This document shows, in pieces, positions 11,001-26,700 of a stretch of 64,000 bases of DNA. The stretch spans positions 10,726,001 to 10,790,000 of the forward strand of contig OZ059895.1 of assembly GCA_964057225.1 (NCBI GenBank). Direction: 5' to 3'. This stretch comes from Auanema rhodensis. Taxonomy: Eukaryota; Animalia; Nematoda. Below the pieces are notes generated by a model that made no database searches, was not told the DNA's origin, and was given only the letters and a program-made list of their open reading frames with translations. The stretch's first letter is position 1. Every line of letters begins with the position of its first letter. The position numbers and the translations under genes were made by a program.

Positions 11001-12040
11001 CTCAAACCACGGCAGCAAAATATCTTTAATCTTGATTCTATATTACAACTATGAACCAGTAGGTAATGAACCTCCATGGCCGGTTAGTAGTTGGATCGCA
11101 GACGGCTTGGGAATCCCGGGTGGCGTAAGCTTTTCAAATTTTTTTAACAATCATAACACGTTAAAAGTACGCCATGCAGCTGATTTTTAATTTTGTCTCT
11201 TCCGTAACAAATTTATTCAATTTTCAAGCAGTTTTACTTAGACAGCTCAAACCACGGCAGCAAATTATCTTTAGTCTTATTTCTATATTACAGTTATGAA
11301 CCAGTAGTTAATGAACCTCCATGGCCGGTTAGTAGTTGGATCGCAGACGGCTTGGAAATCCCGGGTGGCGTAAGCTTTTCAAATTTTTTTAACAATCATA
11401 ACACGTTAAAAGTACGCCATGCAGCTGATTTTTAATTTTGTCTCTTCCGTAACAAATTTATTCAATTTTCAAGCAGTTTTACTTAGACAGCTCAAACCAC
11501 GGCAGCAAATTATCTTCAATCTTATTTCTATATTACAGTTATGAACCAGTAGTTAATGAACCTTCATGGCCCGGTTAGTAGTTGGATCGGAGACGGCTTT
11601 GGGAATCCCGGATGGCGTAAGCTTTTCAAATCTTTTCAACAATCATAACACGTTGAAAATACGCCATGCAGCTGATTTTTAATTTTGTCTCTTCCGTAAC
11701 AAATTTATTCAATTTTCAAGCAGTTTTACTTAGATAGCTCAAACCACGGCAGCAAATTATCTTCAATCTTATTTCTATATTACAGTTATGAACGAGTAGT
11801 TAATGAACCTTCATGGCCCGGTTAGTAGTTGGATCGGAGACGGCTTGAGAATCCCGGGTGGCGTATGCTTTTCAAATTTTTTTAACAATCATAACACGTT
11901 AAAAGTGCGCCATGCAGCTGATTTTCAATTTTATCTCTTCCGTAATAAATGTTTTCAATTTTCAAGCAGTCTTACTTAGATAGCAAAACCCAAGGCAGCA
12001 AATTATCTTTAATCTTGATTCTATATTACAACTATGAACC
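8100..12040 (+). repeat. 8-monomer tandem duplication (1967 bp period)
   Basis: The rare GAACTTT variant at 8117 and 10084 is followed by the same series of monomer types (GGTGGTGT, CAAAATATC, TCGCAG, TTGGAAAT). Confidence 0.85.
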
Positions 12041-15000
12041 AGTAGGTAATGAACCTCCATGGCCGGTTAGTAGTTGGATCGGAGACGGCTGGGGAATCCC
12101 GGGTGGCGTAAGCTTTTCAAATTTTTTAACAATCATAACACGTTGAAAATACGCCATGTAGCTGATTTTTAATTTTATCTCTTCCGTAACAAATGTTTCC
12201 AATTTTCAAGCAGTTTTACTTAGATAGCTCAACCCAAGGCAGCAAATTATCTTTAGTCTTATTTCTATATTACAGTTATGAACCAGTAGTTAATGAACCT
12301 CCATGGCCGGTTAGTAGTTGGATCGCAGACGGCTTGGAAATCCCGGGTGGCGTAAGCTTTTCAAATTTTTTTAACAATCATAACACGTTAAAAGTACGCC
12401 ATGCAGCTGATTTTTAATTTTGTCTCTTCCGTAACAAATTTATTCTATTTTCAAGCAGTTTTACTTAGACAGCTCAAACCACGGCAGCAAATTATCTTCA
12501 ATCTTATTTCTATATTACAGTTATGAACCAGTAGTTAATGAACCTTCATGGCCCGGTTAGTAGTTGGATCGGAGACGGCTTTGGGAATCCCGGATGGCGT
12601 AAGCTTTTCAAATCTTTTCAACAATTATAACACGTTAAAAGTACGCCATGCAGCTGATTTTTAATTTTGTCTCTTCCGTAACAAATTTATTCAATTTTCA
12701 AGCAGTTTTACTTAGACAGCTCAAACCACGGCAGCAAATTATCTTCAATCTTATTTCTATATTACAGTTATGAACCAGTAGTTAATGAACCTTCATGGCC
12801 CGGTTAGTAGTTGGATCGGAGACGGCTTGAGAATCCCGGGTGGCGTAAGCTTTTCAAATCTTTTCAACAATCATAACACGTTAAAAGTACGCCATGCAGC
12901 TGATTTTTAATTTTGTCTCTTCCGTAACAAATTTATTCAATTTTCAAGCAGTTTTACTTAGATAGCTCAAACCACGGCAGCAAATTATCTTCAATCTTAT
13001 TTCTATATTACAGTTATGAACGAGTAGTTAATGAACCTTCATGGCCCGGTTAGTAGTTGGATCGGAGACGGCTTGAGAATCCCGGGTGGCGTATGCTTTT
13101 CAAATTTTTTTAACAATCATAACACGTTAAAAGTGCGCCATGCAGCTGATTTTCAATTTTATCTCTTCCGTAATAAATGTTTTCAATTTTCAAGCAGTCT
13201 TACTTAGATAGCAAAACCCAAGGCAGCAAATTATCTTTAATCTTGATTCTATATTACAACTATGAACCAGTAGGTAATGAACCTCCATGGCCGGTTAGTA
13301 GTTGGATCGGAGACGGCTGGGGAATCCCGGGTGGCGTAAGCTTTTCAAATTTTTTTAACAATCATAACACGTTAAAAGTACGCCATGCAGCTGATTTTTA
13401 ATTTTGTCTCTTCCGTAACAAATTTATTCAATTTTCAAGCAGTTTTACTTAGACAGCTCAAACCACGGCAGCAAATTATCTTCAATCTTATTTCTATATT
13501 ACAGTTATGAACCAGTAGTTAATGAACCTCCATGGCCCGGTTAGTAGTTGGATCGGAGACGGCTTTGGGAATCCCGGATGGCGTAAGCTTTTCAAATCTT
13601 TTCAACAATAATAACACGTTAAAAGTACGCCATGCAGCTGATTTTTAATTTTGTCTCTTCCGTAACAAATTTATTCAATTTTCAAGCAGTTTTACTTAGA
13701 TAGCTCAAACCACGGCAGCAAATTATCTTCAATCTTATTTCTATATTACAGTTATGAACCAGTAGTTAATGAACCTTCATGGCCCGGTTAGTAGTTGGAT
13801 CGGAGACGGCTTTGGGAATCCCGGATGGCGTAAGCTTTTCAAATCTTTTCAACAATCATAACACGTTAAAAGTACGCCATGCAGCTGATTTTTAATTTTG
13901 TCTCTTCCGTAACAAATTTATTCAATTTTCAAGCAGTTTTACTTAGATAGCTCAAACCACGGCAGCAAATTATCTTCAATTTTATTTCTATATTACAGTT
14001 ATGAACGAGTAGTTAATGAACCTTCATGGCCCGGTTAGTAGTTGGATCGGAGACGGCTTGAGAATCCCGGGTGGCGTATGCTTTTCAAATTTTTTTAACA
14101 ATCATAACACGTTAAAAGTGCGCCATGCAGCTGATTTTCAATTTTATCTCTTCCGTAATAAATGTTTTCAATTTTCAAGCAGTCTTACTTAGATAGCAAA
14201 ACCCAAGGCAGCAAATTATCTTTAGTCTTATTTCTATATTACAGTTATGAACCAGTAGTTAATGAACCTCCATGGCCGGTTAGTAGTTGGATTGCAGACG
14301 GCTTGGAAATCCCGGGTGGCGTAAGCTTTTCAAATTTTTTTAACAATCATAACACGTTAAAAGTACGCCATGCAGCTGATTTTTAATTTTGTCTCTTCCG
14401 TAACAAATTTATTCAATTTTCAAGCAGTTTTACTTAGACAGCTCAAACCACGGCAGCAAATTATCTTCAATCTTATTTATATATTACAGTTATGAACCAG
14501 TAGTTAATGAACCTTCATGGCCCGGTTAGTAGTTGGATCGGAGACGGCTTGAGAATCCCGGGTGGCGTATGCTTTTCAAATTTTTTTAACAATCATAACA
14601 CGTTGAAAGTACGCCATGCAGCTGATTTTCAATTTTATCTCTTCCGTAATAAATGTTTTCAATTTTCAAGCAGTCTTACTTAGATAGCAAAACCCAAGGC
14701 AGCAAATTATCTTTAATCTTATTCCTATATTACAGTTATGAACCAGTAGTTAATGAACCTTCATGGCCCGGTTAGTAGTTGGATCGGAGACGGCTTTGGG
14801 AATCCCGGATGGCGTAAGCTTTTCAAATCTTTTCAACAATCATAACACGTTAAAAATACGCCATGCAGCTGATTTTTAATTTTGTCTCTTCCGTAACAAA
14901 TTTATTCAATTTTCAAGCAGTTTTACTTAGATAGCTCAAACCACGGCAGCAAATTATCTTCAATCTTATTTCTATATTACAGTTATGAACGAGTAGTTAA

Positions 15001-18000
15001 TGAACCTTCATGGCCCGGTTAGTAGTTGGATCGGAGACGGCTTGAGAATCCCGGGTGGCGTATGCTTTTCAAATTTTTTTAACAATCATAACACGTTAAA
15101 AGTGCGCCATGCAGCTGATTTTCAATTTTATCTCTTCCGTAATAAATGTTTTCAATTTTCAAGCAGTCTTACTTAGATAGCAAAACCCAAGGCAGCAAAT
15201 TATCTTTAATCTTGATTCTATATTACAACTATGAACCAGTAGGTAATGAACCTCCATGGCCGGTTAGTAGTTGGATCGGAGACGGCTGGGGAATCCCGGG
15301 TGGCGTAAGCTTTTCAAATTTTTTAACAATCATAACACGTTGAAAATACGCCATGTAGCTGATTTTTAATTTTATCTCTTCCGTAACAAATGTTTCCAAT
15401 TTTCAAGCAGTTTTACTTAGATAGCTCAACCCAAGGCAGCAAATTATCTTTAGTCTTATTTCTATATTACAGTTATGAACCAGTAGTTAATGAACCTCCA
15501 TGGCCGGTTAGTAGTTGGATCGGAGACGGCTTTGGGAATCCCGGATGGCGTAAGCTTTTCAAATCTTCTCAACAATCATAACACGTTAAAAGTACGCCAT
15601 GCAGCTGATTTTTAATTTTATCTCTTCCGTAACAAATTTATTCAATTTTCAAGCAGTTTTTCTTAGACAGCTCAAACCACGGCAGCAAAATATCTTTAAT
15701 CTTGATTCTATATTACAACTATGAACCAGTAGGTAATGAACCTCCATGGCCGGTTAGTAGTTGGATCGCAGACGGCTTGGGAATCCCGGGTGGCGTAAGC
15801 TTTTCAAATTTTTTTAACAATCATAACACGTTAAAAGTACGCCATGCAGCTGATTTTTAATTTTGTCTCTTCCGTAACAAATTTATTCAATTTTCAAGCA
15901 GTTTTACTTAGACAGCTCAAACCACGGCAGCAAATTATCTTCAATCTTATTTCTATATTACAGTTATGAACCAGTAGTTAATGAACCTTCATGGCCCGGT
16001 TAGTAGTTGGATCGGAGACGGCTTTGGGAATCCCGGATGGCGTAAGCTTTTCAAATCTTTTCAACAATCATAACACGTTAAAAGTACGCCATGCAGCTGA
16101 TTTTCAATTTTATCTCTTCCGTAACAAATTTATTCAATTTTCAAGCAGTTTTACTTAGATAGCTCAAACCACGGCAGCAAAATATCTTTAATCTTGATTC
16201 TATATTACAACTATGAACCAGTAGGTAATGAACCTCCATGGCCGGTTAGTAGTTGGATCGCAGACGGCTTGGGAATCCCGGGTGGCGTAAGCTTTTCAAA
16301 TTTTTTTAACAATCATAACACGTTAAAAGTACGCCATGCAGCTGATTTTTAATTTTGTCTCTTCCGTAACAAATTTATTCAATTTTCAAGCAGTTTTACT
16401 TAGACAGCTCAAACCACGGCAGCAAATTATCTTTAGTCTTATTTCTATATTACAGTTATGAACCAGTAGTTAATGAACCTCCATGGCCGGTTAGTAGTTG
16501 GATCGCAGACGGCTTGGAAATCCCGGGTGGCGTAAGCTTTTCAAATTTTTTTAACAATCATAACACGTTAAAAGTACGCCATGCAGCTGATTTTTAATTT
16601 TGTCTCTTCCGTAACAAATTTATTCAATTTTCAAGCAGTTTTACTTAGACAGCTCAAACCACGGCAGCAAATTATCTTCAATCTTATTTCTATATTACAG
16701 TTATGAACCAGTAGTTAATGAACCTTCATGGCCCGGTTAGTAGTTGGATCGGAGACGGCTTTGGGAATCCCGGATGGCGTAAGCTTTTCAAATCTTTTCA
16801 ACAATCATAACACGTTGAAAATACGCCATGCAGCTGATTTTTAATTTTGTCTCTTCCGTAACAAATTTATTCAATTTTCAAGCAGTTTTACTTAGATAGC
16901 TCAAACCACGGCAGCAAATTATCTTCAATCTTATTTCTATATTACAGTTATGAACGAGTAGTTAATGAACCTTCATGGCCCGGTTAGTAGTTGGATCGGA
17001 GACGGCTTGAGAATCCCGGGTGGCGTATGCTTTTCAAATTTTTTTAACAATCATAACACGTTAAAAGTGCGCCATGCAGCTGATTTTCAATTTTATCTCT
17101 TCCGTAATAAATGTTTTCAATTTTCAAGCAGTCTTACTTAGATAGCAAAACCCAAGGCAGCAAATTATCTTTAATCTTGATTCTATATTACAACTATGAA
17201 CCAGTAGGTAATGAACCTCCATGGCCGGTTAGTAGTTGGATCGGAGACGGCTGGGGAATCCCGGGTGGCGTAAGCTTTTCAAATTTTTTAACAATCATAA
17301 CACGTTGAAAATACGCCATGTAGCTGATTTTTAATTTTATCTCTTCCGTAACAAATGTTTCCAATTTTCAAGCAGTTTTACTTAGATAGCTCAACCCAAG
17401 GCAGCAAATTATCTTTAGTCTTATTTCTATATTACAGTTATGAACCAGTAGTTAATGAACCTCCATGGCCGGTTAGTAGTTGGATCGCAGACGGCTTGGA
17501 AATCCCGGGTGGCGTAAGCTTTTCAAATTTTTTTAACAATCATAACACGTTAAAAGTACGCCATGCAGCTGATTTTTAATTTTGTCTCTTCCGTAACAAA
17601 TTTATTCTATTTTCAAGCAGTTTTACTTAGACAGCTCAAACCACGGCAGCAAATTATCTTCAATCTTATTTCTATATTACAGTTATGAACCAGTAGTTAA
17701 TGAACCTTCATGGCCCGGTTAGTAGTTGGATCGGAGACGGCTTTGGGAATCCCGGATGGCGTAAGCTTTTCAAATCTTTTCAACAATTATAACACGTTAA
17801 AAGTACGCCATGCAGCTGATTTTTAATTTTGTCTCTTCCGTAACAAATTTATTCAATTTTCAAGCAGTTTTACTTAGACAGCTCAAACCACGGCAGCAAA
17901 TTATCTTCAATCTTATTTCTATATTACAGTTATGAACCAGTAGTTAATGAACCTTCATGGCCCGGTTAGTAGTTGGATCGGAGACGGCTTGAGAATCCCG

Positions 18001-20781
18001 GGTGGCGTAAGCTTTTCAAATCTTTTCAACAATCATAACACGTTAAAAGTACGCCATGCAGCTGATTTTTAATTTTGTCTCTTCCGTAACAAATTTATTC
18101 AATTTTCAAGCAGTTTTACTTAGATAGCTCAAACCACGGCAGCAAATTATCTTCAATCTTATTTCTATATTACAGTTATGAACGAGTAGTTAATGAACCT
18201 TCATGGCCCGGTTAGTAGTTGGATCGGAGACGGCTTGAGAATCCCGGGTGGCGTATGCTTTTCAAATTTTTTTAACAATCATAACACGTTAAAAGTGCGC
18301 CATGCAGCTGATTTTCAATTTTATCTCTTCCGTAATAAATGTTTTCAATTTTCAAGCAGTCTTACTTAGATAGCAAAACCCAAGGCAGCAAATTATCTTT
18401 AATCTTGATTCTATATTACAACTATGAACCAGTAGGTAATGAACCTCCATGGCCGGTTAGTAGTTGGATCGGAGACGGCTGGGGAATCCCGGGTGGCGTA
18501 AGCTTTTCAAATTTTTTTAACAATCATAACACGTTAAAAGTACGCCATGCAGCTGATTTTTAATTTTGTCTCTTCCGTAACAAATTTATTCAATTTTCAA
18601 GCAGTTTTACTTAGACAGCTCAAACCACGGCAGCAAATTATCTTCAATCTTATTTCTATATTACAGTTATGAACCAGTAGTTAATGAACCTCCATGGCCC
18701 GGTTAGTAGTTGGATCGGAGACGGCTTTGGGAATCCCGGATGGCGTAAGCTTTTCAAATCTTTTCAACAATAATAACACGTTAAAAGTACGCCATGCAGC
18801 TGATTTTTAATTTTGTCTCTTCCGTAACAAATTTATTCAATTTTCAAGCAGTTTTACTTAGATAGCTCAAACCACGGCAGCAAATTATCTTCAATCTTAT
18901 TTCTATATTACAGTTATGAACCAGTAGTTAATGAACCTTCATGGCCCGGTTAGTAGTTGGATCGGAGACGGCTTTGGGAATCCCGGATGGCGTAAGCTTT
19001 TCAAATCTTTTCAACAATCATAACACGTTAAAAGTACGCCATGCAGCTGATTTTTAATTTTGTCTCTTCCGTAACAAATTTATTCAATTTTCAAGCAGTT
19101 TTACTTAGATAGCTCAAACCACGGCAGCAAATTATCTTCAATTTTATTTCTATATTACAGTTATGAACGAGTAGTTAATGAACCTTCATGGCCCGGTTAG
19201 TAGTTGGATCGGAGACGGCTTGAGAATCCCGGGTGGCGTATGCTTTTCAAATTTTTTTAACAATCATAACACGTTAAAAGTGCGCCATGCAGCTGATTTT
19301 CAATTTTATCTCTTCCGTAATAAATGTTTTCAATTTTCAAGCAGTCTTACTTAGATAGCAAAACCCAAGGCAGCAAATTATCTTTAGTCTTATTTCTATA
19401 TTACAGTTATGAACCAGTAGTTAATGAACCTCCATGGCCGGTTAGTAGTTGGATTGCAGACGGCTTGGAAATCCCGGGTGGCGTAAGCTTTTCAAATTTT
19501 TTTAACAATCATAACACGTTAAAAGTACGCCATGCAGCTGATTTTTAATTTTGTCTCTTCCGTAACAAATTTATTCAATTTTCAAGCAGTTTTACTTAGA
19601 CAGCTCAAACCACGGCAGCAAATTATCTTCAATCTTATTTATATATTACAGTTATGAACCAGTAGTTAATGAACCTTCATGGCCCGGTTAGTAGTTGGAT
19701 CGGAGACGGCTTGAGAATCCCGGGTGGCGTATGCTTTTCAAATTTTTTTAACAATCATAACACGTTGAAAGTACGCCATGCAGCTGATTTTCAATTTTAT
19801 CTCTTCCGTAATAAATGTTTTCAATTTTCAAGCAGTCTTACTTAGATAGCAAAACCCAAGGCAGCAAATTATCTTTAATCTTATTCCTATATTACAGTTA
19901 TGAACCAGTAGTTAATGAACCTTCATGGCCCGGTTAGTAGTTGGATCGGAGACGGCTTTGGGAATCCCGGATGGCGTAAGCTTTTCAAATCTTTTCAACA
20001 ATCATAACACGTTAAAAATACGCCATGCAGCTGATTTTTAATTTTGTCTCTTCCGTAACAAATTTATTCAATTTTCAAGCAGTTTTACTTAGATAGCTCA
20101 AACCACGGCAGCAAATTATCTTCAATCTTATTTCTATATTACAGTTATGAACGAGTAGTTAATGAACCTTCATGGCCCGGTTAGTAGTTGGATCGGAGAC
20201 GGCTTGAGAATCCCGGGTGGCGTATGCTTTTCAAATTTTTTTAACAATCATAACACGTTAAAAGTGCGCCATGCAGCTGATTTTCAATTTTATCTCTTCC
20301 GTAATAAATGTTTTCAATTTTCAAGCAGTCTTACTTAGATAGCAAAACCCAAGGCAGCAAATTATCTTTAATCTTGATTCTATATTACAACTATGAACCA
20401 GTAGGTAATGAACCTCCATGGCCGGTTAGTAGTTGGATCGGAGACGGCTGGGGAATCCCGGGTGGCGTAAGCTTTTCAAATTTTTTAACAATCATAACAC
20501 GTTGAAAATACGCCATGTAGCTGATTTTTAATTTTATCTCTTCCGTAACAAATGTTTCCAATTTTCAAGCAGTTTTACTTAGATAGCTCAACCCAAGGCA
20601 GCAAATTATCTTTAGTCTTATTTCTATATTACAGTTATGAACCAGTAGTTAATGAACCTCCATGGCCGGTTAGTAGTTGGATCGGAGACGGCTTTGGGAA
20701 TCCCGGATGGCGTAAGCTTTTCAAATCTTCTCAACAATCATAACACGTTAAAAGTACGCCATGCAGCTGATTTTTAATTTT
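10452..20781 (+). repeat. 21-monomer near-perfect tandem duplication (5162 bp period)
   Basis: ORF pairs 11949/17111, 12193/17355, 13177/18339, 14162/19324, 15146/20308 and 15390/20552 are all 5162 apart, and private SNPs are duplicated. Confidence 0.93.
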
Positions 20782-23700
20782 GTCTCTTCCGTAACAAATT
20801 TATTCAATTTTCAAGCAGTATTACTTAGATAGCAAAACCCAAGGCAGCAAATTATCTTTAATCTTGATTCTATATTACAACTATGAACCAGTAGGTAATG
20901 AACCTCCATGGCCGGTTAGTAGTTGGATCGGAGACGGCTGGGGAATCCCGGGTGGCGTAAGCTTTTCAAATTTTTTAACAATTATAACACGTTAAAAGTG
21001 CGCCATGCAGCTGATTTTCAATTTTATCTCTTCCGTAACAAATGTTTCCAATTTTCAAGCAGTTTTACTTAGATAGCTCAACCCAAGGCAGCAAATTATC
21101 TTTAATCTTGATTCTATATTACAACTATGAACCAGTAGGTAATGAACCTCCATGGCCGGTTAGTAGTTGGATCGGAGACGGCTGGGGAATCCCGGGTGGC
21201 GTAAGCTTTTCAAATTTTTTAACAATCATAACACGTTGAAAATACGCCATGTAGCTGATTTTTAATTTTATCTCTTCCGTAACAAATGTTTCCAATTTTC
21301 AAGCAGTTTTACTTAGATAGCTCAACCCAAGGCAGCAAATTATCTTTAGTCTTATTTCTATATTACAGTTATGAACCAGTAGTTAATGAACCTTCATGGC
21401 CCGGTTAGTAGTTGGATCGGAGACGGCTTGAGAATCCCGGGTGGCGTATGCTTTTCAAATTTTTTTAACAATCATAACACGTTGAAAGTACGCCATGCAG
21501 CTGATTTTCAATTTTATCTCTTCCGTAATAAATGTTTTCAATTTTCAAGCAGTCTTACTTAGATAGCAAAACCCAAGGCAGCAAATTATCTTTAATCTTA
21601 TTCCTATATTACAGTTATGAACCAGTAGTTAATGAACCTTCATGGCCCGGTTAGTAGTTGGATCGGAGACGGCTTGGGAATCCCGGGTGGCGTAAGCTTT
21701 TCAAATTTTTTCAACAATCATAACACGTTGAAAGTACGCCATGCAGCTGATTTTCAATTTTATCTCTTCCGTAACAAACTTATTCAATTTTCAAGCAGTC
21801 TTACTTAGATAGCAAAACCCAAGGCAGCAAATTATCTTCAATCTTGATTCTATATTACAGCTATGAACCAGTAGTTAATGAACCTCCATGGCCGGTTAGT
21901 AGTTGGATCGGAGACGGCTTGGGAATCCCGGGTGGCGTAAGATTTTCAAATTTTTTCAACAATCATAACACGTTGAAAGTACGCCATGCAGCTGATTTTC
22001 AATTTTATCTCTTCCGTAACAAACTTATTCAATTTTCAAGCAGTCTTACTTAGATAGCAAAACCCAAGGCAGCAAATTATCTTCAATCTTGATTCTATAT
22101 TACAGCTATGAACCAGTAGTTAATGAACCTCCATGGCCGGTTAGTAGTTGGATCGGAGACGGCTTGGGAATCCCGGGTGGCGTAAGATTTTCAAATCTTT
22201 TCAACAATCATAACACGTTGAAAGTACGGCATGCAGCTGATTTTTAATTTTGTCTCTTCCGTAACAAATTTATTCAATTTTCAAGCAGTTTTACTTAGAT
22301 AGCTCAAACCACGGCAGCAAATTATCTTCAATCTTATTTCTATATTACAGTTATGAACCAGTAGTTAATGAACCTTCATGGCCCGGTTAGTAGTTGGATC
22401 GGAGACGGCTTGGGAATCCCGGGTGGCGTAAGCTTTTTAAATTTTTTTAACAATCATAACACGTTGAAAGTACGCCATGCAGCTGATTTTTAATTTTGTC
22501 TCTTCCGTAACAAATTTATTCAATTTTCAAGCAGTTTTACTTAGATAGCTCAAACCACGGCAGCAAATTATCTTCAATCTTATTTCTATATTACAGTTAT
22601 GAACCAGTAGTTAATGAACCTTCATGGCCCGGTTAGTAGTTGGATCGGAGACGGCTTGAGAATCCCGGGTGGCGTATGCTTTTCGAGTTTTTTTAACAAT
22701 CATAACACGTTAAAAGTGCGCCATGCAGCTGATTTTCAATTTTATCTCTTCCGTAATAAATGTTTTCAATTTTCAAGCAGTCTTACTTAGATAGCAAAAC
22801 CCAAGGCAGCAAATTATCTTTAATCTTGATTCTATATTACAACTATGAACCAGTAGGTAATGAACCTCCATGGCCGGTTAGTAGTTGGATCGGAGACGGC
22901 TGGGGAATCCCGGGTGGCGTAAGCTTTTCAAATTTTTTAACAATCATAACACGTTGAAAATACGCCATGTAGCTGATTTTTAATTTTATCTCTTCCGTAA
23001 CAAATGTTTCCAATTTTCAAGCAGTTTTACTTAGATAGCTCAACCCAAGGCAGCAAATTATCTTTAATCTTATTTCTATATTACAGTTATGAACCAGTAG
23101 TTAATGAACCTCCATGGCCGGTTAGTAGTTGGATCGGAGACGGCTTTGGGAATCCCGGATGGCGTAAGCTTTTCAAATCTTTTCAACAATCATAACACGT
23201 TAAAAGTACGCCATGCAGCTGATTTTTAATTTTGTCTCTTCCGTAACAAATTTATTCAATTTTCGAGCAGTTTTACTTAGATAGCTCAAACCACGGCAGC
23301 AAATTATCTTCAATCTTATTTCTATATTACAGTTATGAACCAGTAGTTAATGAACCTTCATGGCCCGGTTAGTAGTTGGATCGGAGACGGCTTGAGAATC
23401 CCGGGTGGCGTATGCTTTTCAAATTTTTTTAACAATCATAACACGTTAAGAGTGCGCCATGCAGCTGATTTTCAATTTTATCTCTTCCGTAATAAATGTT
23501 TTCAATTTTCAAGCAGTCTTACTTAGATAGCAAAACCCAAGGCAGCAAATTATCTTTAATCTTGATTCTATATTACAACTATGAACCAGTAGGTAATGAA
23601 CCTCCATGGCCGGTTAGTAGTTGGATCGGAGACGGCTGGGGAATCCCGGGTGGCGTAAGCTTTTCAAATTTTTTAACAATCATAACACGTTGAAAATACG

Positions 23701-26700
23701 CCATGTAGCTGATTTTTAATTTTATCTCTTCCGTAACAAATGTTTCCAATTTTCAAGCAGTTTTACTTAGATAGCTCAACCCAAGGCAGCAAATTATTTT
23801 TAGTCTTATTTCTATATTATAGTTATGAACCAGTAGTTAATGAACCTTCATGGCCCGGTTAGTAGTTGGATCGGAGACGGCTTGAGAATCCCGGGTGGCG
23901 TATGCTTTTCAAATTTTTTTAACAATCATAACACGTTGAAAGTACGCCATGCAGCTGATTTTCAATTTTATCTCTTCCGTAATAAATGTTTTCAATTTTC
24001 AAGCAGTCTTACTTAGATAGCAAAACCCAAGGCAGCAAATTATCTTTAATCTTGATTCTATATTACAGCTATGAACCAGTAGGTGATGAACCTCCATGGC
24101 CGGTTAGTAGTTGGATCGGAGACGGCTGGGGAATCCCGGGTGGCGTAAGCTTTTCAAATTTTTTTAACATTCATAACACGTTGAAAGTACGCCATGCAGC
24201 TGATTTTTAATTTTATCTCTTCCGTAAGAAATGTTTCCAATTTTCAAGCAGTTTAACTTAGATAGCTCAACCCAAGGCAGCAAATTATCTTTAATCTTAT
24301 TCCTATATTACAGTTATGAACCAGTAGTTAATGAACCTTCATGGCCCGGTTAGTAGTTGGATCAGAGACGGCTTGGGAATCCCGGGTGGCGTAAGCTTTT
24401 CAAATTTTTTCAACAATCATAACACGTTGAAAGTACGCCATGCAGCTGATTTTCAATTTTATCTCTTCCGTAATAAATGTTTTCAATTTTCAAGCAGTCT
24501 TACTTAGATAGCAAAACCCAAGGCAGCAAATTATCTTTAAGCTTGATTCTATATTACAGCTATGAACCTGTAGTTAATGAACCTTCATGGCCCGGTTAGT
24601 AGTTGGATCGGAGACGGCTTGGGAATCCCGGGTGGCGTAAGCTTTTCAAATTTTTTTAACAATCATAACACGTTGAAAGTACGCCATTCAGCTGATTTTC
24701 AATTTTATCTCTTCCGTAATAAATGTTTTCAATTTTCAAGCAGTTTTACTTAGATAGCAAAACCCAAGGCAGCAAATTATCTTTAATCTTGATTCTATAT
24801 TACAACTATGAACCAGTAGGTAATGAACCTTCATGGCCCGGTTAGTAGTTGGATCGGAGACGGCTTGGGAATCCCGGGTGGCGTAAGCTTTTCAAATTTT
24901 TTTAACATTCATAACACGTTGAAAGTACGCCATGCAGCTGATTTTTAATTTTATCTCTTCCGTAAGAAATGTTTCCAATTTTCAAGCAGTTTTACTTAGA
25001 TAGCTCAACCCAAGGCAGCAAATTATCTTTAATCTTGATTCTATATTACAGTTATGAACCAGTAGTTAATGAACCTTCATGGCCCGGTTAGTAGTTGGAT
25101 CGGAGACGGCTTGAGAATCCCGGGTGGCGTATGCTTTTCAAATTTTTTTAACAATCATAACACGTTAAAAGTACGCCATGCAGCTGATTTTTAATTTTGT
25201 CTCTTCTGTAACAAATTTATTCAATTTTCAAGCAGTTTTACTTAGATAGCTCAAACCACGGCAGCAAATTATCTTCAATCTTATTTCTATATTACAGTTA
25301 TGAACCAGTAGTTAATGAACCTTCATGGCCCGGTTAGTAGTTGGATCGGAGACGGCTTGGGAATCCCGGATGGCGTAAACTTTTTAAATTTTTTTAACAA
25401 TCATAACACGTTAAAAGTACGCCATGCAGCTGATTTTTAATTTTGTCTCTTCTGTAACAAATTTATTCAATTTTCAAGCAGTTTTACTTAGATAGCTCAA
25501 ACCACGGCAGCAAATTATCTTCAATCTTATTTCTATATTACAGTTATGAACCAGTAGTTAATGAACCTTCATGGCCCGGTTAGTAGTTGGATCGGAGACG
25601 GCTTGGGAATCCCGGATGGCGTAAACTTTTTAAATTTTTTTAACAATCATAACACGTTGAAAGTACGCCATGCAGCTGATTTTTAATTTTGTCTCTTCCG
25701 TAACAAATTTATTCAATTTTCAAGCAGTTTTACTTAGATAGCTCAAACCACGGCAGCAAATTATCTTCAATCTTATTTCTATATTACAGTTATGAACCAG
25801 TAGTTAATGAACCTTCATGGCCCGGTTAGTAGTTGGATCGGAGACGGCTTGAGAATCCCGGGTGGCGTATGCTTTTCAAATTTTTTTAACAATCATAACA
25901 CGTTAAAAGTGCGCCATGCAGCTGATTTTCAATTTTATCTCTTCCGTAATAAATGTTTTCAATTTTCAAGCAGTCTTACTTAGATAGCAAAACCCAAGGC
26001 AGCAAATTATCTTTAATCTTGATTCTATATTACAACTATGAACCAGTAGGTAATGAACCTCCATGGCCGGTTAGTAGTTGGATCGGAGACGGCTGGGGAA
26101 TCCCGGGTGGCGTAAGCTTTTCAAATTTTTTAACAATCATAACACGTTGAAAATACGCCATGCAGCTGATTTTTAATTTTGTCTCTTCCGTAACAAATTT
26201 ATTCAATTTTCAAGCAGTTTTACTTAGATAGCTCAAACCACGGCAGCAAATTATCTTCAATCTTATTTCTATATTACAGTTATGAACCAGTAGTTAATGA
26301 ACCTTCATGGCCCGGCTAGTAGTTGGATCGGAGACGGCTTGGGAATCCCGGATGGCGTAAACTTTTCAAATTTTTTTAACAATCATAACACGTTGAAAGT
26401 ACGCCATGCAGCTGATTTTTAATTTTGTCTCTTCCGTAATAAATGTTTTCAATTTTCAGGCAGTCTTACTTAGATAGCAAAACCCAAGGCAGCAAATTAT
26501 CTTTAATCTTGATTCTATATTACAGTTATGAACCAGTAGTTAATGAACCTTCATGGCCCGGTTAGTAGTTGGATCGGAGACGGCTTGAGAATCCCGGGTG
26601 GCGTATGCTTTTCAAATTTTTTTAACAATCATAACACGTTAAAAGTGCGCCATGCAGCTGATTTTCAATTTTATCTCTTCCGTAATAAATGTTTTCAATT

